From a virus (Duplodnaviria > Caudoviricetes), in the IMG/VR virus record IMGVR_UViG_3300012232_000044, positions 1 through 26,389 of that record: a stretch of 26,389 nt of DNA; one strand, 5' to 3'. The translations under genes were made by a program, and so were the position numbers. The notes under the pieces were generated by a model, which did no database searches, had not been told where the DNA came from, and was given only the letters and a program-made list of their open reading frames with translations. Shown here in pieces: positions 8,794 to 17,622 of the stretch (its first letter is position 1; every line of letters begins with the position of its first letter).

Positions 8794-11597
8794 GGTGTGT
8801 AGTTGGTAATCCAAAAGTCCCATAGGGATTCGGCTGTGTAAAAACCGTTGTAGGGAGAGGCTTGACCAAGGTACCACTTGTGGTCGCCACCTGGAACTTT
8901 CACATATCTCATAGCTTGCCCCCCGTTACAGGTTGACCAAGTTTTTTCAACATTCTGTGGAACTGGCTGACCTATATTTACAGTTGCTACCGCACTCGTA
9001 CAGCCGATGTGCGGACGGAAGAAATCAATCATTTCAATTTGAGACAACGACCAGTTCGTGCCATTAGGTGTCGGTTCACCAGGCTCAGTGCAAGGGGGGT
9101 TGACATTGCCATCGGCGCTTCCGCAAACCGCCATGAAACTCCACTTGGGATCTGTGTGGCTACCGACGTTCAGCGGACAGTTAGGTTCATGGGGCGCACT
9201 GGTACCAGGAGCAATCATGTTGACCGTGACATTTCCAATTCCGTGAACATGGTAGGTATTACCGTAAACAGTATCGCAGGCAATGTCCTCGACCATGCCC
9301 GCACCGGCAGACTGACCAGCCACGTAAATTTTCAGAGGATCGACATTTTCCTCGGCAATGAGCTTTGCGATCATGTCCCGCACATATGGCTCGTCCGTAT
9401 CAGTCGGCCCCAGACAGTTTACATCTCCACAGGCAGAGCTAGTAGAAATACTAGGCGTCAACCATTGGCTGTTGATCGGGTTCGTCCGCTTGGCAGCATA
9501 AGCCACAATGAACTTATTTGCATCAGCGATTGGATTCCAACCAGACTTAGTTTCCAAATCGGGAATTTCACTTGAGCCTCCACCCGCACCCTTGAAGGCG
9601 ATAACCAGCGGCACCTTGTTATTGGATGCGTTAGTCAATCCGCTCGGGCGATACAAGCCGTACTTCCGAGTCTGCGTCTGCGACGGCGTGACGCTGTCGT
9701 TCGTGTGGGTGAAGGTCTTCAGATTGTTAGCTGCAAGCACACCTGGCGTACAAGGGTTGGGAGAACAAGTAGCAGTTGAACCGCCGCCACCCGGCGGTGG
9801 CGGTGGAGGGGGAGGGGGACTTACGGTAACTGTAAATGAAGTAGAACTTGAACCAGACCCGTTTGGAGTCACAACTGAAATTAAGCCAGTTGTAGCCGCG
9901 CCGGGAACCGCAGTTGCAATATGCGTTGAGTCAGTAACCGTAAAGGACGCACTAGTTCCGTTGAAAGTAACTGAAGTGGCACCTGTAAAGAAGGTACCTG
10001 TAAGCGTAACAGCAGTACCAATAGGGCCACTTGTGGGAGAGAAACTTGTAATTGTAGGTGGAGTCGGAGGAGGCGGTGGCGGTGGAGGAGGCGGTGATCC
10101 ACCTGTTGACCCAAATTCATATGCGCCCGCGTCAGGAGTGCCACCTACAGGACGTAAACCGCCGTCAGCATCCGTTGCAGGAAAGTTAGAAGGATCGCCC
10201 TTGTCAATCGGCAATGTTCCCGTCAACAAATGTAAATCTGGATTAAACAAGTCGTTGCTTACAAAATATGGATCAAGCGAGCTAGGGCCTAAAGTGTCTG
10301 TTAACCCACAAGTTTTACCCGCATAAATATTGTAATTATGGTTAATTGTCATTACTCCGGGCCAAGGATTGCAAGCTGCCGCTGCACAAGTGTTCCACCT
10401 ACAAAGGTCGGTCAGGTTGCCGGTTAGATCCGCTACCGCAGGCGGATAACACGTCCAATCGAAACGTGTGACAAAGTTGGACGAATTGTATTCGATGTAA
10501 ACGTGAGAAGTTTCGTCAAAAGAGGGATCGACTCCACACTCGCTGCCACTTGCACCAGCACGACCGAATCCAAGACCTACACCACCAGCCTGATCCCGAA
10601 CTTTCTTGCTGTAAGCTAGGTTACGGAAAATTAAGTCGCCTGCATAGCAGCCGTGAGGATTCGGGGACAGCGTAGAGTAGTTCGGCAACGAGAGGCAGGG
10701 AGAATTAACAGGCAGGTTAGTCGCAGACCCCCCTAGGAACCACGCCTGAGTCGCGCAACTGTAGGCAGTGCTGTTCGTAATTTTCAAACCAATTGCTCCC
10801 GTTGCCTGAAAGCAATCGACGTGTGCTCCCCCGGCGTTATCAACACACGGCGCTGGCCCGATGCCGTCCTGAGCGCCGGGATACTCAGCGCAAAGCTCGG
10901 CGATGTCGTGAATGTCCACGTTATCCATAACGACGTTGACAGAAATGTTGTCGCCAGTAACGAAGTTCAAGAGGAAGCCGTCTCCGGCGCAGCAGTTGGG
11001 GCCAATCTCCACGTTCTTATAGGTCGGGTTGACAGTGTTTCCCTTGATAGAACCAGCCTTCGCGTGTCCACCATCGACTGTAATATTCGTGCCACCAGAA
11101 ATGGAGAGATTGCTCTGGTAGAACATGCCGTCACCCTTGCCCTCTTGCGCCAGCCAGTATGTGTTGTCACCATTGATAAAGATAGTATTGGCAAAGGTGA
11201 CGTCACCGGCATTGAAAAAAGTGACTAGACTGGAATTGTCTTTTGTAATCGTGTACGGCCCGTCACCTGAGCCATAGGTGCTGCCAATAATTCCTACACG
11301 ATCACCACCGAGCGCCTTGTTACCCGCTACCGCCGGTGACTTGCAGACAGTCGATGCCGATGGAGGGAGAATCGGAGTAGTAGAGCGCACGCAATTAGAA
11401 CCGGCATCCGATCCCAAAGACGATGCCCACACATTTGCTGTAGTGAACAACGCCGGAGGAGGAGGAGGAGGAGGAGGAGGCGACCCACCATCTTGGGTTT
11501 TCCAAACGCCAACAGCCCCACCTGTAATTACAGCAACAGCAACAAGCACGGCAAGTGTTGCACCCTTAACACTTTTTTTAGGCGTCTTAGGACTCAT
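8790..11597 (-). CDS. 935 aa multidomain enzyme: signal/TM anchor, parallel beta-helix, IPT/TIG domain, LpqC/PHB-depolymerase-family esterase
   Basis: Basic then hydrophobic N-terminus, and three poly-Pro linkers. Beta-helix repeats with 'HVDCFQ' and a 'PIDKG...RP.G..PDAGAYE' cap. IPT pattern 'PTITSFSPTSGPIGTAVTLTG'. Alpha/beta hydrolase with GQSAG, GSADG and GGDHKW. Confidence 0.8.
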   Translation of the reverse strand: MSPKTPKKSVKGATLAVLVAVAVITGGAVGVWKTQDGGSPPPPPPPPPALFTTANVWASSLGSDAGSNCVRSTTPILPPSASTVCKSPAVAGNKALGGDRVGIIGSTYGSGDGPYTITKDNSSLVTFFNAGDVTFANTIFINGDNTYWLAQEGKGDGMFYQSNLSISGGTNITVDGGHAKAGSIKGNTVNPTYKNVEIGPNCCAGDGFLLNFVTGDNISVNVVMDNVDIHDIAELCAEYPGAQDGIGPAPCVDNAGGAHVDCFQATGAIGLKITNSTAYSCATQAWFLGGSATNLPVNSPCLSLPNYSTLSPNPHGCYAGDLIFRNLAYSKKVRDQAGGVGLGFGRAGASGSECGVDPSFDETSHVYIEYNSSNFVTRFDWTCYPPAVADLTGNLTDLCRWNTCAAAACNPWPGVMTINHNYNIYAGKTCGLTDTLGPSSLDPYFVSNDLFNPDLHLLTGTLPIDKGDPSNFPATDADGGLRPVGGTPDAGAYEFGSTGGSPPPPPPPPPPTPPTITSFSPTSGPIGTAVTLTGTFFTGATSVTFNGTSASFTVTDSTHIATAVPGAATTGLISVVTPNGSGSSSTSFTVTVSPPPPPPPPPGGGGSTATCSPNPCTPGVLAANNLKTFTHTNDSVTPSQTQTRKYGLYRPSGLTNASNNKVPLVIAFKGAGGGSSEIPDLETKSGWNPIADANKFIVAYAAKRTNPINSQWLTPSISTSSACGDVNCLGPTDTDEPYVRDMIAKLIAEENVDPLKIYVAGQSAGAGMVEDIACDTVYGNTYHVHGIGNVTVNMIAPGTSAPHEPNCPLNVGSHTDPKWSFMAVCGSADGNVNPPCTEPGEPTPNGTNWSLSQIEMIDFFRPHIGCTSAVATVNIGQPVPQNVEKTWSTCNGGQAMRYVKVPGGDHKWYLGQASPYNGFYTAESLWDFWITNYTP

Positions 11598-11974
11598 GCG
11601 TAATGATAATATTCAACTCGAAGGGTTATTACATCTGTCTCATTCAAAGCTCTAAAAGTTGCAGGCGAAGCACAAGCCATTTCCTCATGGTCTTTCAATC
11701 TTTTTCCGGTACTGGAAGTAGGGTTAGTTGCATGTTGCCAATATCTAGCTATTGCATTTACAGTATTTCCTTCAGCATAAATCAATGCGTGTGTTGCTAG
11801 GGCAGGAACAGCAAGACTTTTTACAACACCCGTGAGGGTGACAGATTCTATTCCGTCAAATACGCGAACGTCCTCACCAGCCAAAGCCTCCTGCACAAGC
11901 CTTCCACCAATATCCTTGAACGCAACTGTTCTTTGGTTTCCAAACCAATCTGAAATTACAATATCGTTAGCCAT
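11594..11974 (-). CDS. Hypothetical small beta-sandwich virion protein
   Basis: 126 aa ORF with SD (AAGGGG) and ATGA coupling. Contains an 'A..ALI.AEG...RYW....PTSSTG..L' pattern. Confidence 0.65.
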   Translation of the reverse strand: MANDIVISDWFGNQRTVAFKDIGGRLVQEALAGEDVRVFDGIESVTLTGVVKSLAVPALATHALIYAEGNTVNAIARYWQHATNPTSSTGKRLKDHEEMACASPATFRALNETDVITLRVEYYHYA

Positions 11975-11983
11975 ATCCCCTTC

Positions 11984-13666
11984 CTATCCTGAAATTCCAG
12001 TTTTTACCAGCTTCGATCTTTTGTCATCAGCGCCAACTAGAACAGACCTGTGAAAATTAGTTTTGCGTGGATTGTTAAAGCCTTGATCGAAACCAGTTCC
12101 ATAGTCATTTGCCGAGTATTGATTTCCAAATAAAGCAAGCTCAATAGCAATTCCAATGTCATCAACAACATGGGTGATAAAGAACGATGCAGTTTGAGCA
12201 CCTGTACCTATGTCAGTTATCGTAATTGAAATTAGCTCGTTCTCTGAACCATTACCTCCATCGTTAACAAAATTGATAGTTACAACGGTACCTGTATCAA
12301 TTCCAACACCAACATCTGTCGAAGACTTTAGAGTTTCAGTTTCCAGGTTGGAAGAAGATACCCCAAAGAGCAGGTCTAAAATTACAAGTATTCTAGAACC
12401 AATCTCGTCAACTGCTGAACCTGAGTCATCAACATTTTTATTTACAACGTCAAGTTCAACACCTGATCCAAGCTCGTCAACGATAATTCCTATTACAAAT
12501 TCGTCGATGCTTGTACCCACATCTTCAACATCGCGGGTCAAAGAAATCTCGTCAACTGCCGAAATTATGTCAGACGATGAAAGTGAAATAACTTCATTGT
12601 CCAACCCTGTTCCAGTATCAGAATCACTAGTTTGGAAAACTCCTGTATCAGAAGCCCCAAAGTCAGAACCCAATCCTGTATCCGCAGAAAAGAGCCAGAT
12701 ATTTTCAGAAATTGTGCCAGAACCGGAGTCACTGACCGTATTGACAGTGGTCAAGGTCGAGGCATCTACACCCGATCCCGCGTCTGTGGGGCTGTAAGGG
12801 GTTGTAAGAGCCGCCGTATCGACTCCGGTGCCCGAATCTACCCCTGTGAACGCAAGCGCCGCAGAATCGCTTACAGAGCCGCTATCAGAAAGCTGCAAGG
12901 CAATAGCTGATGCCTCTGTTCCGGAACCTGCATCTGAAACTGTAATTACAAATGCTGCACTGTCTGAGCTAACGCCTACATCGGAAGCAACTAGCCTGAT
13001 CGTTCCAGTGTCAGAACCGCTTCCTGAATCAGAAACTGTAATTATAGAATCAGTTACATCTAAGCCTGACCCTGCATCACTGGCAACAAGTCTGATCGAA
13101 GCAACGTCAGAGACAACACCAATATCCGAAACAATGTACGACTGCGCGAGCACTGAGGCATCTGCACCCGAGCCAGTGTCCGTAAGTGCAAGTGAAACTT
13201 TAGACGCGTCTGCTCCAACTCCCGCATCAGCAACAGGGATGTTTAGAAGACGAACATCAGTTCCAATACCAGCATCCGAAACTGAAATACTGACTACTGA
13301 AGTATCAGTTCCCGATCCTGTATCTCCTGTGGCAAGCGGGTTGACAATCGAGGCATCAGAACCCGTTGCCGTATCTGAAGCTAGGAATATCGGAATTTCA
13401 GTATCAACTGCGGTTCCAGAATCAAATACCTTAATATCAAGGAAACTGGTTTCTACACCTGAGCCTGTATCCGCTACTGTAATCCTAATTGAAGCATTCT
13501 CAGTGCTTGTTCCTGTGTCCGCACCATTGATAGAAACAGACGAAGCACTAAAAAGTGATTTGTAAAGTCCGTTACGCTTACGCCAGGGAGCATCTATGGG
13601 AGGCTTAATCCTCCCGGCGTAAGGACGAAGGGAATTTACAGTGTTTCTAGGAAACCGACGAAACAT
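11984..13666 (-). CDS. 560 aa D-x-G-x-G-x-D repeat protein
   Basis: Basic ~40 aa N-terminus, then roughly 30 tandem 16-18 aa repeats, then a basic C-terminal tail similar to that of the 1048 aa protein. Confidence 0.75.
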   Translation of the reverse strand: MFRRFPRNTVNSLRPYAGRIKPPIDAPWRKRNGLYKSLFSASSVSINGADTGTSTENASIRITVADTGSGVETSFLDIKVFDSGTAVDTEIPIFLASDTATGSDASIVNPLATGDTGSGTDTSVVSISVSDAGIGTDVRLLNIPVADAGVGADASKVSLALTDTGSGADASVLAQSYIVSDIGVVSDVASIRLVASDAGSGLDVTDSIITVSDSGSGSDTGTIRLVASDVGVSSDSAAFVITVSDAGSGTEASAIALQLSDSGSVSDSAALAFTGVDSGTGVDTAALTTPYSPTDAGSGVDASTLTTVNTVSDSGSGTISENIWLFSADTGLGSDFGASDTGVFQTSDSDTGTGLDNEVISLSSSDIISAVDEISLTRDVEDVGTSIDEFVIGIIVDELGSGVELDVVNKNVDDSGSAVDEIGSRILVILDLLFGVSSSNLETETLKSSTDVGVGIDTGTVVTINFVNDGGNGSENELISITITDIGTGAQTASFFITHVVDDIGIAIELALFGNQYSANDYGTGFDQGFNNPRKTNFHRSVLVGADDKRSKLVKTGISG

Positions 13667-13671
13667 CTAAC

Positions 13672-14154
13672 TTACGGCACTTCCATAACTAGCGCAGCAG
13701 CCGTCAATTGCATGTCATCGGCAGGAGCAGCAGCAATTCTTAGGCAAAGCAGTTCTGCACCTGAAGTCCAAAGCCAGTCTTCGGGAGGCAACCACATTTC
13801 ATGCCCGTTTCTCACATTAAAAGAATCACCAGGCCAAACATCTACTCCTGTGCCCGCTGAAGCAACTACGTCATTTAAGATTTCACAAACAAAACCTGCC
13901 GCCGAGTCATTGGCTGCAAGTGGTCTTGGTGTAATTGTAGTCGGAGCACCTGAGCCTGAGGTTGTGTGACCCCGAACCCACTTCAACCTGATCCACTCTT
14001 CTTGAGCTTCACCAACTTCTGAAATTGCTTTAACAAGCCAGCCTGTTACAGCAATAGGTTTATCTGTAGCAGCATCCAATTCAAAAACATCAACATCACC
14101 ATCACCAACAACCCATGCTTGATTTTCAAATCCAACAGAGTATTTTCGTGGCAT
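13672..14154 (-). CDS. Hypothetical acidic beta-rich virion protein
   Basis: 160 aa ORF with AAGGAG SD, abutting the upstream gene. Confidence 0.7.
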   Translation of the reverse strand: MPRKYSVGFENQAWVVGDGDVDVFELDAATDKPIAVTGWLVKAISEVGEAQEEWIRLKWVRGHTTSGSGAPTTITPRPLAANDSAAGFVCEILNDVVASAGTGVDVWPGDSFNVRNGHEMWLPPEDWLWTSGAELLCLRIAAAPADDMQLTAAALVMEVP

Positions 14155-15405
14155 TTACATTCTCCTTCGTATTAGCGCTCTTTGCGAAGCTTTTCTCTCT
14201 AGCTGTGGAGGGCCATAGGTTATGTCAAATTCTTCATAAGCAACATATGCACCTAGGGAGTCACAAAATCCTACAGTAGTAGTCGCATCTGTTTTCCTAA
14301 TTGCAACAATCAATGGCAGTTGAAGTACAACTGAAGGCAAGTCCAAGGCGTTGCTCAATTTCCAACGCCAATTTGCAGGCCATGTCCCCGCTGCACCTAC
14401 GTTCCCTCCATAGTTAAAAATACTATATCCTTCGGACGGGTTGCTCTGAGCGCCAAATGACCCTGTCACAGACCCCGCAGCGCTCTTCTCAGCATGGTTA
14501 GCAAATGTTGAAATTGATGTAATTATATCTGACGCACCGATCCCCGCAGCTAAATAAGACCCGCAATTTCCACGATATTCGTCAGTCGAATTATCCCCTG
14601 ATACATCAAAATTTTCAATTTGTGACAAATCTGTTTCAGCGGCTATACCAAGCGGAGGAACATTGCTTACAGCATCCCACAAGTTGGTACTTCCTCCTGC
14701 TCCGGCTTTCCATGAACCAATTTGCTCATCCGATTTCGGCATCATCAAAATAACTTTGTCTTCACCGGGCCAAGAATCGTTTAGACCATCAGTAGAATCA
14801 TTTCCAACTAGGTCGTCAATGTGCATAACCTTATTCGCACCAGGAGCTTCAATCCACCCAATACGAACATTTGGCCCTGCTGTCGGCGTAGCAATATTCC
14901 CATTAGCAACACTCACACCGTCAAGCTGAACCTCAGCCGATGAAATTAACGAGCTGGCATTGTTGGCCGCTTTGAGTGCAATTCGATACCAAGTATCAGG
15001 AACCAACGTGGCGACTGAATCAGAACCAATTTGTGCGACTGCACCATTATCGTACAATTGAATTTTTCCAGCCGCAGTAAGCCGAACAGAAACAGCCGGT
15101 GTTGCCCCTGAATAAAGTTGCATAACCTGAACAGTAACCGAAGGCAAGTCGTCAAAATACATATATGCTTGTAAGTAAAAAATACGATTGTTTGCAACAA
15201 CAAAGTTGAAGGGCGAACCCATCCAGACACCAGAGTCTCCTGCCGCTGAATCTAATTTACAAGATGAAGCACCCGTTCGCTTTATAGCCGTATCACGCGA
15301 AGCTACCCCTGTGCCGCTAGTAGAAAAAAGACCGTCAGGAGGACTAATGTCTCCACCTGTAGGCAAAATTGATATTTCATAGCCCGTTTGGAAAGCTCTA
15401 GACAT
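14155..15405 (-). CDS. ConA/LamG-like lectin-fold domain protein (416 aa)
   Basis: 'TLVPDTWYRIALK...EVQLDGVSV...VRIGW...MHIDDL' is a ConA-like pattern. Start moved to ATG 15405 because the longer start lies inside the terminator hairpin. Confidence 0.65.
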   Translation of the reverse strand: MSRAFQTGYEISILPTGGDISPPDGLFSTSGTGVASRDTAIKRTGASSCKLDSAAGDSGVWMGSPFNFVVANNRIFYLQAYMYFDDLPSVTVQVMQLYSGATPAVSVRLTAAGKIQLYDNGAVAQIGSDSVATLVPDTWYRIALKAANNASSLISSAEVQLDGVSVANGNIATPTAGPNVRIGWIEAPGANKVMHIDDLVGNDSTDGLNDSWPGEDKVILMMPKSDEQIGSWKAGAGGSTNLWDAVSNVPPLGIAAETDLSQIENFDVSGDNSTDEYRGNCGSYLAAGIGASDIITSISTFANHAEKSAAGSVTGSFGAQSNPSEGYSIFNYGGNVGAAGTWPANWRWKLSNALDLPSVVLQLPLIVAIRKTDATTTVGFCDSLGAYVAYEEFDITYGPPQLERKASQRALIRRRM

Positions 15406-15416
15406 TTTTATCCATG

Positions 15417-15461
15417 AAAAGTCAAAGCCCTTGTCCTGCGAAAGAAACAAGGGCTTTGACT
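15417..15461 (-). terminator. Intrinsic terminator after the capsid-linked 191 aa gene
   Basis: Perfect 15 bp inverted repeat (agtcaaagcccttgt 15420-15434 / acaagggctttgact 15447-15461) ending in TTTT on the minus strand. Confidence 0.75.
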
Positions 15462-15483
15462 GTTCGCACTCCTAACTTTGAAA

Positions 15484-16059
15484 TTACGATAGAGTGACCT
15501 GTCCAGTGAGCGTCCAGGTACCCGACGCCTTGGTTCCAAGAGACTGCACCTTTCGGTTGATGTTCTTGTCAGCACCGGATGAATTTCTAACGCTCCACTC
15601 ATTCCAAGCGTAGTTTGCTTCACCCGTTGTAAAGTCACTCTGCCATGCCATTGTCTGAGCAGTACGAATCGGGTAAGTGGCATTCATACCCTTGAAGAGC
15701 TTGTTGGTAGCTGCCTGTAGATCGACCTGAGCAGCCGCCTCAGCCGTCGAAGAGTCACCTACACCGATTTGTGCGTTCGCGTTATTAGCGACCGTACCGC
15801 CTGCCCCAATCAAAAGATCGAGGATAAGCTGAATTCCCTCGTTGAGCAAAAGGTTCCCAGGAACCTCTTCCTCAATTTCAGGAGCAACCATAAGCGCCCG
15901 CAACTCGGCAGAGCTAATTGCTTTGTCCTTGCTGATGCCGAGGCTCTTACGAGCGAAGTTTACAGCGTCCTCGCTCCACTTTTCACAAATCCACAAGAAA
16001 TCCCATCGGCCACATTCAACCTCTGGAATTGCAATCCCACTAGCGGTAACTGCTTCCAT
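15484..16059 (-). CDS. Structural protein resembling tail-collar/fibre-base proteins (DUF3751-like pattern)
   Basis: Pattern 'NLLLNEG..L...IGVGDS...DLQ...F..GEAN..WNEW...K...WTL...TLS'. Directly after the capsid gene, with an AAGGGG SD. Confidence 0.55.
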   Translation of the reverse strand: MEAVTASGIAIPEVECGRWDFLWICEKWSEDAVNFARKSLGISKDKAISSAELRALMVAPEIEEEVPGNLLLNEGIQLILDLLIGAGGTVANNANAQIGVGDSSTAEAAAQVDLQAATNKLFKGMNATYPIRTAQTMAWQSDFTTGEANYAWNEWSVRNSSGADKNINRKVQSLGTKASGTWTLTGQVTLS

Positions 16060-16083
16060 TTATATTTCCCCTTTTCTAAATTG

Positions 16084-16113
16084 CAAGTGACTCTCCCCGC
16101 CGAGAGCCACCTG
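16084..16113 (-). terminator. Stem-loop after major capsid gene (weak terminator or stabiliser)
   Basis: CAGGTGGCTCTC-GGCGGG-GAGAGTCACTTG forms a 12 bp stem with two G-U pairs and no clear U tract. Confidence 0.45.
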
Positions 16114-16118
16114 AATTA

Positions 16119-17147
16119 TTAGACCGGAAGTGTAATTTCCTCAACCGAGTCGTTAATGTCCGCATACAGTCCTCGCCTTGCTCGACCGACCTGCTGACCT
16201 TCGATGAGCCTTGAAATATCGGCAGGCCCAAGGTCAATTCGCAGGTCGTGATGAACCAGTTCCTTTAGCTTCATCTTCGGCATAATGAAATAGCACTTAC
16301 CGGCAGTAACACCGGGGTACACGTAGCTCTTTACGCCGTTGGTGACAGTCTCACCATTGTAATAAATAATGGTATCAACCGGCACGCGAGGAAGCGGGTT
16401 TCCCTGAGCGTCACGAACGGGAGTAAGCAACGCATCTTCAATCTGGAACCTGTTAGCCTCGTTAGCCAAAATTACAGACGGAGTACGCTGCGGTGTAGCC
16501 TGCACAGCCGTAATGTATGCGTCCCTGAACGTGTTGAGTGTCTTCTCCTGAAGCGTTGCACCTACAGCACTGGCGGGAGTTTGGTTCGCCGCTGCATATG
16601 CAAATGCAATAATCGGAGAAAGATGCAAGTGGTTGAGAAGGAAATTGTAGGCTCGACCGAAAGCACGGTTGTTAAGTGTAACTTCCCACGTCTTATCAAA
16701 TTCGATCATGTCCTCTGTCCACTCAAAGCCAGCCGCATAGGTCTGAATTGCGACCGTCGCGGGCACACCCTTAGCGAGCGTACCGAACACAACCTCGCCG
16801 CCTTCAAACTTCTCAAGGAAAACGACGTTCGCCTGTAGAGTGTTTTCATTAAGCTGCACAACTCCACCAGGAAACGGGCCAGGAATGAACTCATAGAGAG
16901 GCTGGTAAAGAAGCGGAGTATCGGCCAGGCCGAAGTCCACGTCAATACGAACCTTCTCCAACAAGTCCATCGACCCCTGGGAAGTTGTAATCATTTCCTT
17001 AACCGACTTTTTCAAGTTAACCAGTGACATTTCACTGATTACTTCCTCAGCCTGGGCCTTAAGACCGGACATTTCATAAACGAAAGTGCTTCCGTTCTTC
17101 TCAGGCTTGAAGAGCCGATGTACTAGCGGAATAAATTCCTCTTTCAT
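16119..17147 (-). CDS. Major capsid protein (HK97 fold)
   Basis: 342 aa, follows protease and decoration genes. Has 'FEGGEVVFGTL...IQTYAAGFEWTEDMIEFD...FGRA' (Mu/HK97-like capsid pattern) and 'PSVIL'. Confidence 0.88.
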   Translation of the reverse strand: MKEEFIPLVHRLFKPEKNGSTFVYEMSGLKAQAEEVISEMSLVNLKKSVKEMITTSQGSMDLLEKVRIDVDFGLADTPLLYQPLYEFIPGPFPGGVVQLNENTLQANVVFLEKFEGGEVVFGTLAKGVPATVAIQTYAAGFEWTEDMIEFDKTWEVTLNNRAFGRAYNFLLNHLHLSPIIAFAYAAANQTPASAVGATLQEKTLNTFRDAYITAVQATPQRTPSVILANEANRFQIEDALLTPVRDAQGNPLPRVPVDTIIYYNGETVTNGVKSYVYPGVTAGKCYFIMPKMKLKELVHHDLRIDLGPADISRLIEGQQVGRARRGLYADINDSVEEITLPV

Positions 17148-17170
17148 ATTGTATTTTCTCCTATCCTAAA

Positions 17171-17554
17171 TTACGCTGCAACCGGGCCGACGTTAAGAAC
17201 ACGGATTCCGCAGTAGTCGTTTGCGTCAACAGCTTCCTCAACAAGCGCAACCGGAGCGTCACCCGCGTTAGCAGGTGCCGCAACTAGGTCAGTGTCGCCC
17301 CGCTGAAATACACCTGCTCCGTTTGCCCAATAGAGGTATGCGCCCCTAGCAGCAGCAAGAGCCGCCGGGATTTTCACATACCAGATTCGCTCGGCAGAGG
17401 TTTCCATCGCCATAGTACGCACGGTGTCAGCCGCTACGAGAGCCTTCATTGCAATTCCGTTCCACCCGTTGACGGAATAAAAATCGCCAAAGGTGATAAT
17501 GCCAGCGGGCATAGTCACATCTACTGCCCGACCATCAGTTTTAAGCTGTCCCAT
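17171..17554 (-). CDS. Capsid decoration / cement protein (DUF2190-like)
   Basis: 127 aa Ala/Gly-rich protein just before the capsid gene, with a 'DG.AVDVT...G...GIA...G..LYW' pattern. Confidence 0.7.
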   Translation of the reverse strand: MGQLKTDGRAVDVTMPAGIITFGDFYSVNGWNGIAMKALVAADTVRTMAMETSAERIWYVKIPAALAAARGAYLYWANGAGVFQRGDTDLVAAPANAGDAPVALVEEAVDANDYCGIRVLNVGPVAA

Positions 17555-17556
17555 AA

Positions 17557-17622
17557 TTACACATTCTCCTTTGAGTAACCGCTCGAATACTTCTCAGAAT
17601 ACCTCTTGCTCAAAGTTTTCAA
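17557..17622 (-). CDS. Possible 21 aa mini-ORF MKTLSKRYSEKYSSGYSKENV
   Basis: TTG start overlaps the upstream TGA, with GAGG shortly upstream. It fills the intergenic gap almost exactly. Confidence 0.25.
   Translation of the reverse strand: MKTLSKRYSEKYSSGYSKENV

Noticed and set aside
9009-11655. Plus-strand ORFs with poly-Gly runs and apparent (GGA/GGT)n microsatellites
   Set aside because: Reverse complement of the poly-Pro linkers of the 935 aa gene.
12210-13565. Plus-strand 195 and 245 aa ORFs
   Set aside because: Shadows of the 560 aa repeat gene.
5399-13666. CRISPR array or diversity-generating retroelement explanation for the repeats
   Set aside because: The repeats are degenerate, in-frame protein repeats without constant DNA repeat-spacer structure. 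No reverse transcriptase or adenine-specific TR/VR pair was seen.
15406-15450. Longer start for the lectin-fold gene
   Set aside because: It lies inside the terminator hairpin.
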